DNA of 64,000 bases from an uncultured Clostridia bacterium (GTDB lineage: Bacteria; Bacillota; Clostridia; Oscillospirales; CAG-272): assembly GCA_946410595.1 (NCBI GenBank), contig CAMKAU010000001.1, forward strand, positions 10,267 to 74,266. Direction: 5' to 3'. The notes below the pieces were generated by a model. It did not search any database. It worked only from the letters and a program-made list of their open reading frames with translations, and was not told where the DNA came from. Position numbers and translations under genes: made by a program. Below are positions 8,647 to 16,519 of the stretch, piece after piece. Every line of letters begins with the position of its first letter. Positions within the stretch are counted from its first letter, which is position 1.

Positions 8647-10584
8647 ATGACAGCGGATTTCCTTCCCGCAACCAAAGAAGAAGCAAAGGCACGGGGTCTC
8701 TCCGTGCCTGACTTCGTTTACGTGTGCGGAGATGCCTACTTCGATCACCCCTCCTTCGGCTGCGCGGTGATCACCCGCTGGCTCGATGCGCACGGCTTTT
8801 CCGTCTGCGTGCTCTCTCAGCCGGACTGGAAAACGGCAGACGCCTTTTGCGAGTTCGGCCGGCCGCGGCTCGGCTTTCTCGTTTCCTCCGGCAACATCGA
8901 CTCGATGGTTGCCCATTACACGGTGGCAAAAAGGCGGCGTACCTACGACTATTATTCCCCCGGCGGGAAAACCGGCCTGCGCCCGGACCGCGCCGTGATC
9001 GTCTACTGCAACCGCATCCGCGAGGCGTACGGGGACGTTCCGATCGTGATCGGGGGACTTGAGGCCTCTCTCCGGCGCTTTGCCCATTACGACTACTGGA
9101 CGGACGCGGTGCGCCGCAGCATCCTGATCGACTCGGGAGCGGATCTTCTCTCTTACGGGATGGGGGAAAACTCTATCCTGGAGATCGCGCGGCTGCTCGA
9201 TCGCGGCGTCCCCGTCAAAAAGATCCGGGGCGTACGCGGGACCGTGTGGTGCGCCAAAGAGGGAGAAAAGCTGCCGGATCGTGCGATCATGACCGGCGAT
9301 TACGACCGGCTCAAAGAGGATAAAGCCGCGTACGCCGCCGCGTTCAAGCTCCAGTACGAAAACCAGGACGCGATCAGCGGTTTGCCGCTTTTGGAGCGGT
9401 ACGACGCGAAGATCCTTGTGCAAAATCCCCCGATGCCGCCGCTGGAGCGCGCGGAGCTGGATAAGGTCTATTCCCTCCCTTATATGCGCGCCTGGCACCC
9501 GAAGTACGACGCGGAGGGCGGCGTGCCGGCGCTGGAGGAGGTGCGTTTTTCCGTTACGCACAACCGCGGCTGCTTCGGCGAATGCAATTTCTGCGCGCTG
9601 ACCTTCCACCAGGGCCGGGCGGTGCGCTCCCGCTCGAAGGAAAGCATCCTCGCGGAGATACGAAAGATCACCTGCCTGCCCGGCTTTAAGGGATACATCC
9701 ACGACATCGGCGGGCCGACCGCCAATTTCCGCGAACCCGCCTGCGAAAAGCAGCGCAAATACGGCGTCTGCAAGAACAAACGCTGCCTTGCGCCCGACCC
9801 CTGCCCCAATCTGCGTGTGGATCACAGCGAATACCTCGATATTCTGACCGAGGCGGAAAAGATCCCCGGCGTGAAAAAGGTCTTTGTCCGCTCCGGGATC
9901 CGCTTTGACTACCTGATGATGGACCCGGACGACCGCTTTTTCCGCAAGCTGGCGGCGAACCACGTGTCCGGCCAGCTCAAGGTCGCGCCGGAGCATTGCT
10001 CGCGCGAGGTGCTGCAAACGATGGGAAAAGCGGACTTCCGGCTCTTTCTTGCGTTTGAAAAGAAGTTCTTACGCTTTTCCCGCGAGGCGGGCAAGGAGCA
10101 GTATCTCGTCCCCTATCTGATGTCCAGCCACCCCGGCTCGCGCCTGGAGGACGCGATCGAGCTTTCCTCCTTCCTTACCGCGCGGGGCGTCTGCCCCGAG
10201 CAGGTGCAGGACTTTTACCCGACGCCGGGGACCGTTTCTACCGTGATGTACTACACCGGGCTCGACCCGCTGACCGGCAAAAAAGTCTTCGTTCCGCGGA
10301 CAAGGGAGGAAAAAAAGCTCCAGCGCGCCCTGCTCCAGCCGCAGAAAAACGGCGATTATCTGCGCCGCGCGCTGACCGAGGCGGGCCTTTCCCGCCTGAT
10401 CGGCTACGGCGAGGGAAAGATCGTCCCGCCCGCGAAAAGCGGCCGCCCTCCCCGACGGGAAAACGGAGCCACGTTGCCTTCCAAAAAAGGCGCCGCCGCT
10501 CCGCCCCGGGAGAGAGAAAAGCGGGACTATTCCCGAAAAAAGAAAAGCGCGGCTCGCGGCCCGCGCTACGGCAAAAAGAAATAA
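8647..10584 (+). CDS. ygiQ: YgiQ-family (UPF0313) radical SAM protein
   Basis: CFGECNFC (Cx3Cx2C) cluster motif, N-terminal YgiQ-type domain and basic C-terminal tail. GGAGG RBS sits 11 nt after the infB stop. Confidence 0.9.
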   Translation: MTADFLPATKEEAKARGLSVPDFVYVCGDAYFDHPSFGCAVITRWLDAHGFSVCVLSQPDWKTADAFCEFGRPRLGFLVSSGNIDSMVAHYTVAKRRRTYDYYSPGGKTGLRPDRAVIVYCNRIREAYGDVPIVIGGLEASLRRFAHYDYWTDAVRRSILIDSGADLLSYGMGENSILEIARLLDRGVPVKKIRGVRGTVWCAKEGEKLPDRAIMTGDYDRLKEDKAAYAAAFKLQYENQDAISGLPLLERYDAKILVQNPPMPPLERAELDKVYSLPYMRAWHPKYDAEGGVPALEEVRFSVTHNRGCFGECNFCALTFHQGRAVRSRSKESILAEIRKITCLPGFKGYIHDIGGPTANFREPACEKQRKYGVCKNKRCLAPDPCPNLRVDHSEYLDILTEAEKIPGVKKVFVRSGIRFDYLMMDPDDRFFRKLAANHVSGQLKVAPEHCSREVLQTMGKADFRLFLAFEKKFLRFSREAGKEQYLVPYLMSSHPGSRLEDAIELSSFLTARGVCPEQVQDFYPTPGTVSTVMYYTGLDPLTGKKVFVPRTREEKKLQRALLQPQKNGDYLRRALTEAGLSRLIGYGEGKIVPPAKSGRPPRRENGATLPSKKGAAAPPREREKRDYSRKKKSAARGPRYGKKK

Positions 10585-10627
10585 AAAACGGCGTTCCCGG
10601 TCACAGACGGCCGGGAGCGCCGTTTTC
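10584..10627. terminator. Bidirectional terminator shared by ygiQ and convergent tadA
   Basis: 13-bp stem (one G-U) acggcgttcccgg/ccgggagcgccgt, flanked by A5 and T4. The tadA stop codon lies in the loop. Confidence 0.65.
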
Positions 10628-11104
10628 TTCTTTGGTTTCTTCTTTTGCTTTTTCGCGTTTTGCGCGGAAGTAGTCGCGCAGCAGCCCGGAACACTCCTCC
10701 TGCAACACGCCGAGAGTGATCTCCGGCTTATGATTGAGGGGGAGGGCGTTGAGGTCTGTTACCCCGCCGAACGCGCCGGTCCGGGGATCCGCCGTACCGA
10801 TCACAACGCGGCCGATACGGGCGTTGACGATCGCGCCCGCGCACATAGGACACGGCTCCAGCGTAACGTACAGGGTAGAGTCCGGCAGGCGCCAGCCGCC
10901 GAGCGTCCGGCACGCGCGGTCGATGGCGATCAGCTCCGCGTGGTAAAGCGCGTTTTTGCCGGTCTCCTTTTCGTTATGTCCGCGGCCGATGATCCGCTCG
11001 CCGCGGTAGACGATCACGGCGCCGACCGGCACCTCGTCTATCCCGCGGGCGGCCTCGGCCTCCGCGAGCGCCTCGCGCATAAACCTTTCGTCGCGCTCCG
11101 TCAT
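10601..11104 (-). CDS. tadA: tRNA adenosine(34) deaminase TadA
   Basis: HAELIAI and PCPMCAGA zinc motifs. 167 aa. Confidence 0.95.
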   Translation of the reverse strand: MTERDERFMREALAEAEAARGIDEVPVGAVIVYRGERIIGRGHNEKETGKNALYHAELIAIDRACRTLGGWRLPDSTLYVTLEPCPMCAGAIVNARIGRVVIGTADPRTGAFGGVTDLNALPLNHKPEITLGVLQEECSGLLRDYFRAKREKAKEETKEENGAPGRL

Positions 11105-12039
11105 AACAACCTCTTTCCGATCATCACGGCGCCCGCGACCGCAAGATAACCGATCGCCACGATCCAGAACGGCAGCGGAACGGGACGGTCGCGCAGCGGA
11201 AGGGGGGCGATCTCCGGGTCGATCACGGTGGAAGCCGTTTCCTGCTTGCGGCGGAAAAGTCGCCCGGACAGGAAGACGGCGCAGCCCGCTCCCGCGGCGA
11301 GGATCACAAACCAGATCGCCGTTTCCGTCATCAGATAGGTCTCCGCCGGAAGCAGGCGGGAGAGATAGACGAGGAGAAGGGTAACCGCGTTGAGCGCCCC
11401 GTGAAGGAGGACGGCGGGCAGGAGACGCCGGGTCGCGTAAACGAGCAGACCGAGCGCGATACCGGCGACAAGCGCGTAGAGAAAGCCGGAGATCTGAAGA
11501 TGGGAAAACGCAAAGCAGAAGGCGGAAAGGACCGCCGCCGTCTTCGTGCCGCCAAACGAGTAAAAGAGCGTATAGCGGAAAAAGACCTCCTCACAGACCG
11601 CGGGGATCACCACGTAGACGAGAACGGTAAAGGCGACGCCGAACGCGCCGTAAAACACGACCGTACTTCCCTGCCGGGAGAGCGGGAGGCCGAGGGAGGA
11701 GAGAAGCTCGTTTACGGTAACGTTGAGCTGCAGACCGGCGGAAACGACCGCGAGCGCGACGAAGGAACAGAGAAAACGCTCCCCTCTCTTTTTGACGAGC
11801 GGGGCGGGCTCGCGCACGTCCCCCCACAGCCGGAAGAGGAGCGCGGGCAAAAGGCAGGCGGCGGCCTGAAAGACCTTGAGCGCGGCGACGTGCAGATACG
11901 GGTCTTCGATCGCGCGGCAGAGCGAGGGCGCAAGGAGAAGGACGAGGAGATGGAAGAGGAGGATGCAGGCGGCAAACGCCGCCGTCTCGGAAACGGTGCG
12001 CTCCCTGCCGCCGCCCGGGATCTGTGCTTGTGCATTCAT
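11101..12039 (-). CDS. CPBP-family (CAAX/Abi) intramembrane metalloprotease
   Basis: EEVFFRY, FSHL and HGALN motifs in a polytopic protein. AGGAG lies 7 nt before ATG 12039. The longer track ORF (to 12084) would read through a terminator hairpin. ATGA overlap with tadA. Confidence 0.8.
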   Translation of the reverse strand: MNAQAQIPGGGRERTVSETAAFAACILLFHLLVLLLAPSLCRAIEDPYLHVAALKVFQAAACLLPALLFRLWGDVREPAPLVKKRGERFLCSFVALAVVSAGLQLNVTVNELLSSLGLPLSRQGSTVVFYGAFGVAFTVLVYVVIPAVCEEVFFRYTLFYSFGGTKTAAVLSAFCFAFSHLQISGFLYALVAGIALGLLVYATRRLLPAVLLHGALNAVTLLLVYLSRLLPAETYLMTETAIWFVILAAGAGCAVFLSGRLFRRKQETASTVIDPEIAPLPLRDRPVPLPFWIVAIGYLAVAGAVMIGKRLL

Positions 12040-12058
12040 AGCGTTACTCCTGCGGAAA

Positions 12059-12091
12059 ACAAGGGGTGTTGCCGAAAGCAACACCCCTTGT
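12059..12091 (-). terminator. Stem-loop after the ABC ATPase gene
   Basis: 14-bp perfect stem acaaggggtgttgc/gcaacaccccttgt, with only a short T tract (ttt) on the minus strand. Confidence 0.6.
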
Positions 12092-12102
12092 ATCCGGTTG
12101 GT

Positions 12103-13215
12103 TCAGTGGAGGATGCACTTTTCCGTGGTCTTGTCGAAGAAGTGCATTCTGGACGCTTCGAGAGCGACCTTGATGGTATCGCCGGCTCTTGCCTGAGAAC
12201 GGGAAGAAACGCGCGCGATGAGATTCTGCTCCTCGCAGACGAGGTAGAGATAGATCTCCGCGCCCATCAGCTCGGTCACCTCGACGTAGGTTTCGATCAC
12301 GCTGTCCGGGTACTGAGCAAGCTGCATCGGCTCGTCGTGGATGCACTCCGGACGGATCCCGCAGATCACTTCCTTGCCGATATAGTCGGCAAGCTCGGGC
12401 GCTTCCGCCTTTTCCGCGGGAAGCTTGATCTTGCTCCCGCCGAAGACGAAGTAAACGTCCTTGTCCTTCTTCTCGAGCGAGCCGTTGATGAAGTTCATCT
12501 GCGGCGTGCCGATGAAGCCGGCGACGAAGAGGTTGACGGGAGAATCGTACAGGTTCTGAGGAGAGTCGACCTGCTGGATGACGCCGTCTTTCATAACGAC
12601 GATGCGGGTCGCCATCGTCATAGCCTCGACCTGGTCGTGGGTAACGTAGATAAAGGTGGTCTGAACTCTCTGATGGATCTTGGTCAGCTCGGTGCGCATG
12701 GTGGCGCGGAGCTTCGCGTCCAGGTTGGAGAGCGGCTCGTCAAGCAGGAAGACCTTCGGATAGCGGACAATCGCGCGGCCGACGGCGACACGCTGCTTCT
12801 GACCGCCGGACAGAGCCTTCGGCTTCCGGTCGAGCAGGTGCGCGATATCGAGGATACGGGCCGCCTCGTCCACTCTGCGCTTGATCTCCTCTTTGGAGGT
12901 CTTGCGGAGCTTCAGACCGAACGCCATGTTCTCGAACACGGTCATGTGCGGATACAGAGCATAGTTCTGGAACACCATCGCGATATCGCGGTCCTTCGGG
13001 GCCACATCGTTGACAAGCCGGTCGCCGATGAAAAGCTCGCCCTCGGTGATCTCTTCCAGACCGGCGATCATACGAAGCGTGGTGGATTTTCCGCAGCCGG
13101 AAGGTCCGACGAGAACGAGAAACTCCTTGTCCTTGATTTCCAGACAGAAATCGGAAACGGCGGTAACGCCGCCGGGATATTTCTTGTAGATATGTTTGAG
13201 AGATAGGCTTGCCAT
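12103..13215 (-). CDS. Sugar-type ABC transporter ATP-binding protein (MsmK/MsmX/UgpC/MalK family), orphan
   Basis: Walker A GPSGCGKST, signature LSGGQKQRVAVGRA, Walker B FLLDEPLSNLD and a C-terminal MalK-like regulatory domain. No adjacent permease or SBP genes. Confidence 0.93.
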   Translation of the reverse strand: MASLSLKHIYKKYPGGVTAVSDFCLEIKDKEFLVLVGPSGCGKSTTLRMIAGLEEITEGELFIGDRLVNDVAPKDRDIAMVFQNYALYPHMTVFENMAFGLKLRKTSKEEIKRRVDEAARILDIAHLLDRKPKALSGGQKQRVAVGRAIVRYPKVFLLDEPLSNLDAKLRATMRTELTKIHQRVQTTFIYVTHDQVEAMTMATRIVVMKDGVIQQVDSPQNLYDSPVNLFVAGFIGTPQMNFINGSLEKKDKDVYFVFGGSKIKLPAEKAEAPELADYIGKEVICGIRPECIHDEPMQLAQYPDSVIETYVEVTELMGAEIYLYLVCEEQNLIARVSSRSQARAGDTIKVALEASRMHFFDKTTEKCILH

Positions 13216-13391
13216 TCAATTCCTCCTTAAACGAATCCGGAAACAGATACTTTCCGGATCATATTTACCTTTTCATATTGTAACAGAAACGCGGGCAAAT
13301 TGAAAGATGGTATTTTTCCGAAATTTCGGGATCCTGTTTGGTCGTTTTGCACAAAGCAAACAAACCAAAGTGTGCAAACTCACCCTTTTGT

Positions 13392-14135
13392 TCATTTGAC
13401 GTTCATTTTTTGTGCATTTTGTCCCACGCCCGCCGCGGAAGTCAGCCGCTGAAGCTCCTCTTCTGTCAGAGGACGCCAGGCGCCCTCCGGGAGATCGGAC
13501 GGAAGTTCGATCCCGGCAAAGGAAACGCGCCGCAGAGAGAGGATGCGGTTATCCATCGCGCCGAACATCCGCCGGATCTGGTGATACTTCCCCTCCCGCA
13601 GGGTGATGCGGCCTGTGAGGGGGGTCAGGCGTTCGATGCGGGCGGGGAGACAGACCGTCCCGTCCGAGAGCGCGATCCCCTCTTCGGCGCGGAGGCACTC
13701 CTCCTCGCCGAGTGGGCGCGCCGCGCGGTATTCGTACACCTTGTCCGCGTGGTACTTCGGGGAGAGAAGGCGGTGCGCCGTCTCTCCGTCGTCGGTGAGA
13801 AGGAGCAGACCGGTCGTGTCGGCGTCCAGTCTCCCGCAGGGGAAAAGCCCCCGCCGCCTCTCCTCCGGCGGCAGAAGATCGAGGACCGTTTTTTGCCCGC
13901 GCGCGTCCTCCGTGGCTGAGATCACGCCCCGGGGCTTGTTGAGCATCAGCCAGACGGTTTTCTGATAGCGGACCCGCTCGCCGCGAAAGACCACGGCGTC
14001 CGCGTTCTCGTCGATCCGGAGATCGGGACGGTCGGCGGGCGAGCCGTTGACGGTAACCTCCCCCCGGCGGACGGCGATCGCCGTTTCCCGCCGGGTCGCT
14101 TTTCCCATCTCCGAGAGAAACTTATCCAGCCTCAT
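13392..14135 (-). CDS. Pseudouridine synthase, RsuA/RluB family with N-terminal S4 domain
   Basis: MRLDKFLSE S4 start, GRLDADTTGLLLLTDDG catalytic motif. 247 aa. Confidence 0.9.
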   Translation of the reverse strand: MRLDKFLSEMGKATRRETAIAVRRGEVTVNGSPADRPDLRIDENADAVVFRGERVRYQKTVWLMLNKPRGVISATEDARGQKTVLDLLPPEERRRGLFPCGRLDADTTGLLLLTDDGETAHRLLSPKYHADKVYEYRAARPLGEEECLRAEEGIALSDGTVCLPARIERLTPLTGRITLREGKYHQIRRMFGAMDNRILSLRRVSFAGIELPSDLPEGAWRPLTEEELQRLTSAAGVGQNAQKMNVK

Positions 14136-14144
14136 TTCTTTTCC

Positions 14145-14243
14145 TCAAAACAGAAAAATAAAGCAAAGGCAAACGGCGGTCAGGATGAAAAGCGCCGCAA
14201 GCCCGACGAAAAGCGCGATAAAAAAGCTCCGGAAAAAGCCCAT
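14145..14243 (-). CDS. Unannotated 32-aa hydrophobic small protein (MGFFRSFFIALFVGLAALFILTAVCLCFIFLF)
   Basis: Found by hand; it is below the ORF-track size cut-off. AAAGGAGGGAGT lies directly before the ATG, the product is a single predicted TM helix, and the stop is 9 nt before the rsuA-like start. Confidence 0.4.
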   Translation of the reverse strand: MGFFRSFFIALFVGLAALFILTAVCLCFIFLF

Positions 14244-14285
14244 ACTCCCTCCTTTTTGGGAGAGTATTCGGCTTTTTCCCGCTTT

Positions 14286-15263
14286 TTATACCGGCGCGGC
14301 GTCCCGCGCGGCGGAGACCGCCATCGCGGGGAGCGGTTCCTTTTTCAGGATTTCGCTTCCGGCGGGAACGAGGATCCGGCACGCGCCCGGCAGGATCTCG
14401 AGTTTAAGATCGGAGACCGTTTCGATCTCCCCGTCGATGCAGATCTCGGTCGGCTCGTCGAAGGTGAGCTCCATCCGGCGGCAGGCGACGTACTGAAAGA
14501 TCTTTGCGTTCTTTTCGGTGATATGGGTGCCCTTTTTATAGGAGCCGATCACGCGGGCGAACGTCCCGCGCCCCACCCGCTTGACAAGGCAGACGTCCAG
14601 GCGGCCGTCCGAGAGCTGCGCGTACGGGGCGCTCATAAAACCGCCGCCGCAATAGGAGCCGTTGCCGGCGCAGAGCAGCTGCAGGTCGCGGTGGACTTGT
14701 TCCCCGCCGTCAAAGGAGACGGAGCCGCTGATCCCCGGCATTTTGGCAAACGCCTTGACCACGCCGGCAAGATAGGCGGCGCTGCCGCCGAGAAGCGGCT
14801 TTTTTTTGAGCTCGGAAACGTAAGAGGCGACCTGGCAGTCGAGCCCGGTGTTGAACATATTGACAAAAACGCGATCGCCGTATCGGACGAGATCGCAGGA
14901 AACGGCCTCGCCGGCAACCTGCGCGGCGACCGAGCGGAAGTTTTCCGGTCGGCTGAAATTGCGGACGAAATCGTTGCCCGTTCCGATCGGGATCACGCCC
15001 GCCGAGGCGGTCGGGCAGTCGAACATTCCGTTGACGCCCTCGTTGAAGGTGCCGTCTCCTCCGGCGAAGTAAAAGCGGATCTCCTCCCCCGCGCAGGCGG
15101 CGCAGACCTCCTTTGCGTAACGCTCCGCGTCGTAGCGGCCCGTCGTGCGGTAAACGGTGAAGTCGAGCCCCCGCTCCGTACAAAGCGAACGGATCTCCTT
15201 TTCAAGACCGTCGATCCGGTCCCCCTGCCCCGCGGCGGGGTTCAGTACAAAATGATACTTCAT
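14286..15263 (-). CDS. Diacylglycerol/lipid kinase family protein (YegS/DagK type)
   Basis: FAGGDGTFNEGVNGM motif. 325 aa. ATGA overlap with the rarA stop. Confidence 0.9.
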   Translation of the reverse strand: MKYHFVLNPAAGQGDRIDGLEKEIRSLCTERGLDFTVYRTTGRYDAERYAKEVCAACAGEEIRFYFAGGDGTFNEGVNGMFDCPTASAGVIPIGTGNDFVRNFSRPENFRSVAAQVAGEAVSCDLVRYGDRVFVNMFNTGLDCQVASYVSELKKKPLLGGSAAYLAGVVKAFAKMPGISGSVSFDGGEQVHRDLQLLCAGNGSYCGGGFMSAPYAQLSDGRLDVCLVKRVGRGTFARVIGSYKKGTHITEKNAKIFQYVACRRMELTFDEPTEICIDGEIETVSDLKLEILPGACRILVPAGSEILKKEPLPAMAVSAARDAAPV

Positions 15264-16507
15264 GATCTCTCCTTGCTTTTGATGATCTCCCAGTAGGCCT
15301 TGGCGGCGTTTTCCGCCTTGCTCAATCCGGGAACGTAGTAGGTCCTGTTTTTCAGATCGTCTGGCAGATACTGCTGCCGGACGTAATGGTCGGGATAGTC
15401 GTGCGGATAGAGGTAACCCTCAAAGAGCGGGCTTTGCAGGTGCTTCGGCACCGTCTGTCCAAGACCGGCGCGCACGTCCCGCTCCGCCGCCGCGTAAGCG
15501 GCATGGGCGGCGTTCGACTTCGGCGCCGTGGCAAGGAAGACCGCGGCGTGAGAGAGCGGGAGGGTCGCCTCCGGGAGCCCCAGCTCCTTCGCGCTCTCGC
15601 AGCAGGCGCGCACGACGGCGGCCGCCAGCGGATAGGCGAGCCCGATATCCTCGCTTGCGATGACCTGGAGGCGCCGGCAGGCGGAGAGGAGATCGCCTCC
15701 TTCGAGCAGCTTGGCCAGATAAAAGACGGCGGCGTCCGGGTCGGAGCCCCGGATGGATTTCTGCAGAGCGGAGAGCAGATCGTAGTGGACGTCGTCCTTA
15801 CTGTCGAAGTTGCCGAGAGAATTGCCGCAGAGCCGGACGACCGAGTCCTCGTCGATCTCCTTTTCGCAGGAAAACCAGGCGTTTTCCATCAAACCGACGG
15901 CCTTGCGCCCGTCTCCGCCCGCGCGGGCGGCGAGAGCGGCAAGCGCTCCGTCGGTAAGGGTCTTCTCTGTCCCGCGTTCCTCCTCCAGCGCCTTTTTTGC
16001 GCGCAGAAGGAGCGCGCGGATCCCCTGGTCGGGGATGGGGAGAAACTCGAAGACCGCGGATCGGGAAAGGACCGCCTTGTAGACGTAATAATAGGGATTA
16101 TCGGTCGTGGAGGCGATCAGAACGACCCTGCCGTCCTCGATATATTCCAGCAGCACCTGCTGCTGCTTGCGGTTGAAATACTGGATCTCGTCGAGATAGA
16201 GGAGTACGCCGGCGGAGCCGAAGATGCTGTCGCTGTCCTCGATAACGGCCTTGACGTCGGAGAGCGAGGCGGTGGTGGCGTTGAGGCGCCGGAGTGTCAG
16301 TCCGGACGTTTTGGCAATGATGTTCGCCGCCGTCGTCTTCCCCGTCCCCGGCGGACCGTAAAAGATCATATTACCGATCCTGCCGGACTCGATCAGGCGG
16401 CGGAGGGAGCCGTTTTCCCCGAAGAGATGCTCCTGCCCGACGATATCTTCAAGCCGCTCGGGCCGCAGACGGTCGGCGAGGGGGCGGGCGTTCGTTTTTT
16501 CTGGCAA
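15260..16507 (-). CDS. rarA: Replication-associated recombination protein A (RarA/MgsA AAA+ ATPase)
   Basis: GPPGTGKTT Walker A, LYLDEIQYFN Walker B region and MgsA C-terminal domain. Confidence 0.95.
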   Translation of the reverse strand: MPEKTNARPLADRLRPERLEDIVGQEHLFGENGSLRRLIESGRIGNMIFYGPPGTGKTTAANIIAKTSGLTLRRLNATTASLSDVKAVIEDSDSIFGSAGVLLYLDEIQYFNRKQQQVLLEYIEDGRVVLIASTTDNPYYYVYKAVLSRSAVFEFLPIPDQGIRALLLRAKKALEEERGTEKTLTDGALAALAARAGGDGRKAVGLMENAWFSCEKEIDEDSVVRLCGNSLGNFDSKDDVHYDLLSALQKSIRGSDPDAAVFYLAKLLEGGDLLSACRRLQVIASEDIGLAYPLAAAVVRACCESAKELGLPEATLPLSHAAVFLATAPKSNAAHAAYAAAERDVRAGLGQTVPKHLQSPLFEGYLYPHDYPDHYVRQQYLPDDLKNRTYYVPGLSKAENAAKAYWEIIKSKERS

Positions 16508-16519
16508 AAGATCGCCTCC

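Noticed and set aside
13340-13391. Inverted repeat tttgcaca-N18-tgtgcaaa just after the pseudouridine synthase stop, considered as a cre/LacI-type operator or a terminator.
   Set aside because: It lacks the central CG of cre-like sites and has no U-tract. The 18-nt loop makes it a weak hairpin, so evidence is insufficient.
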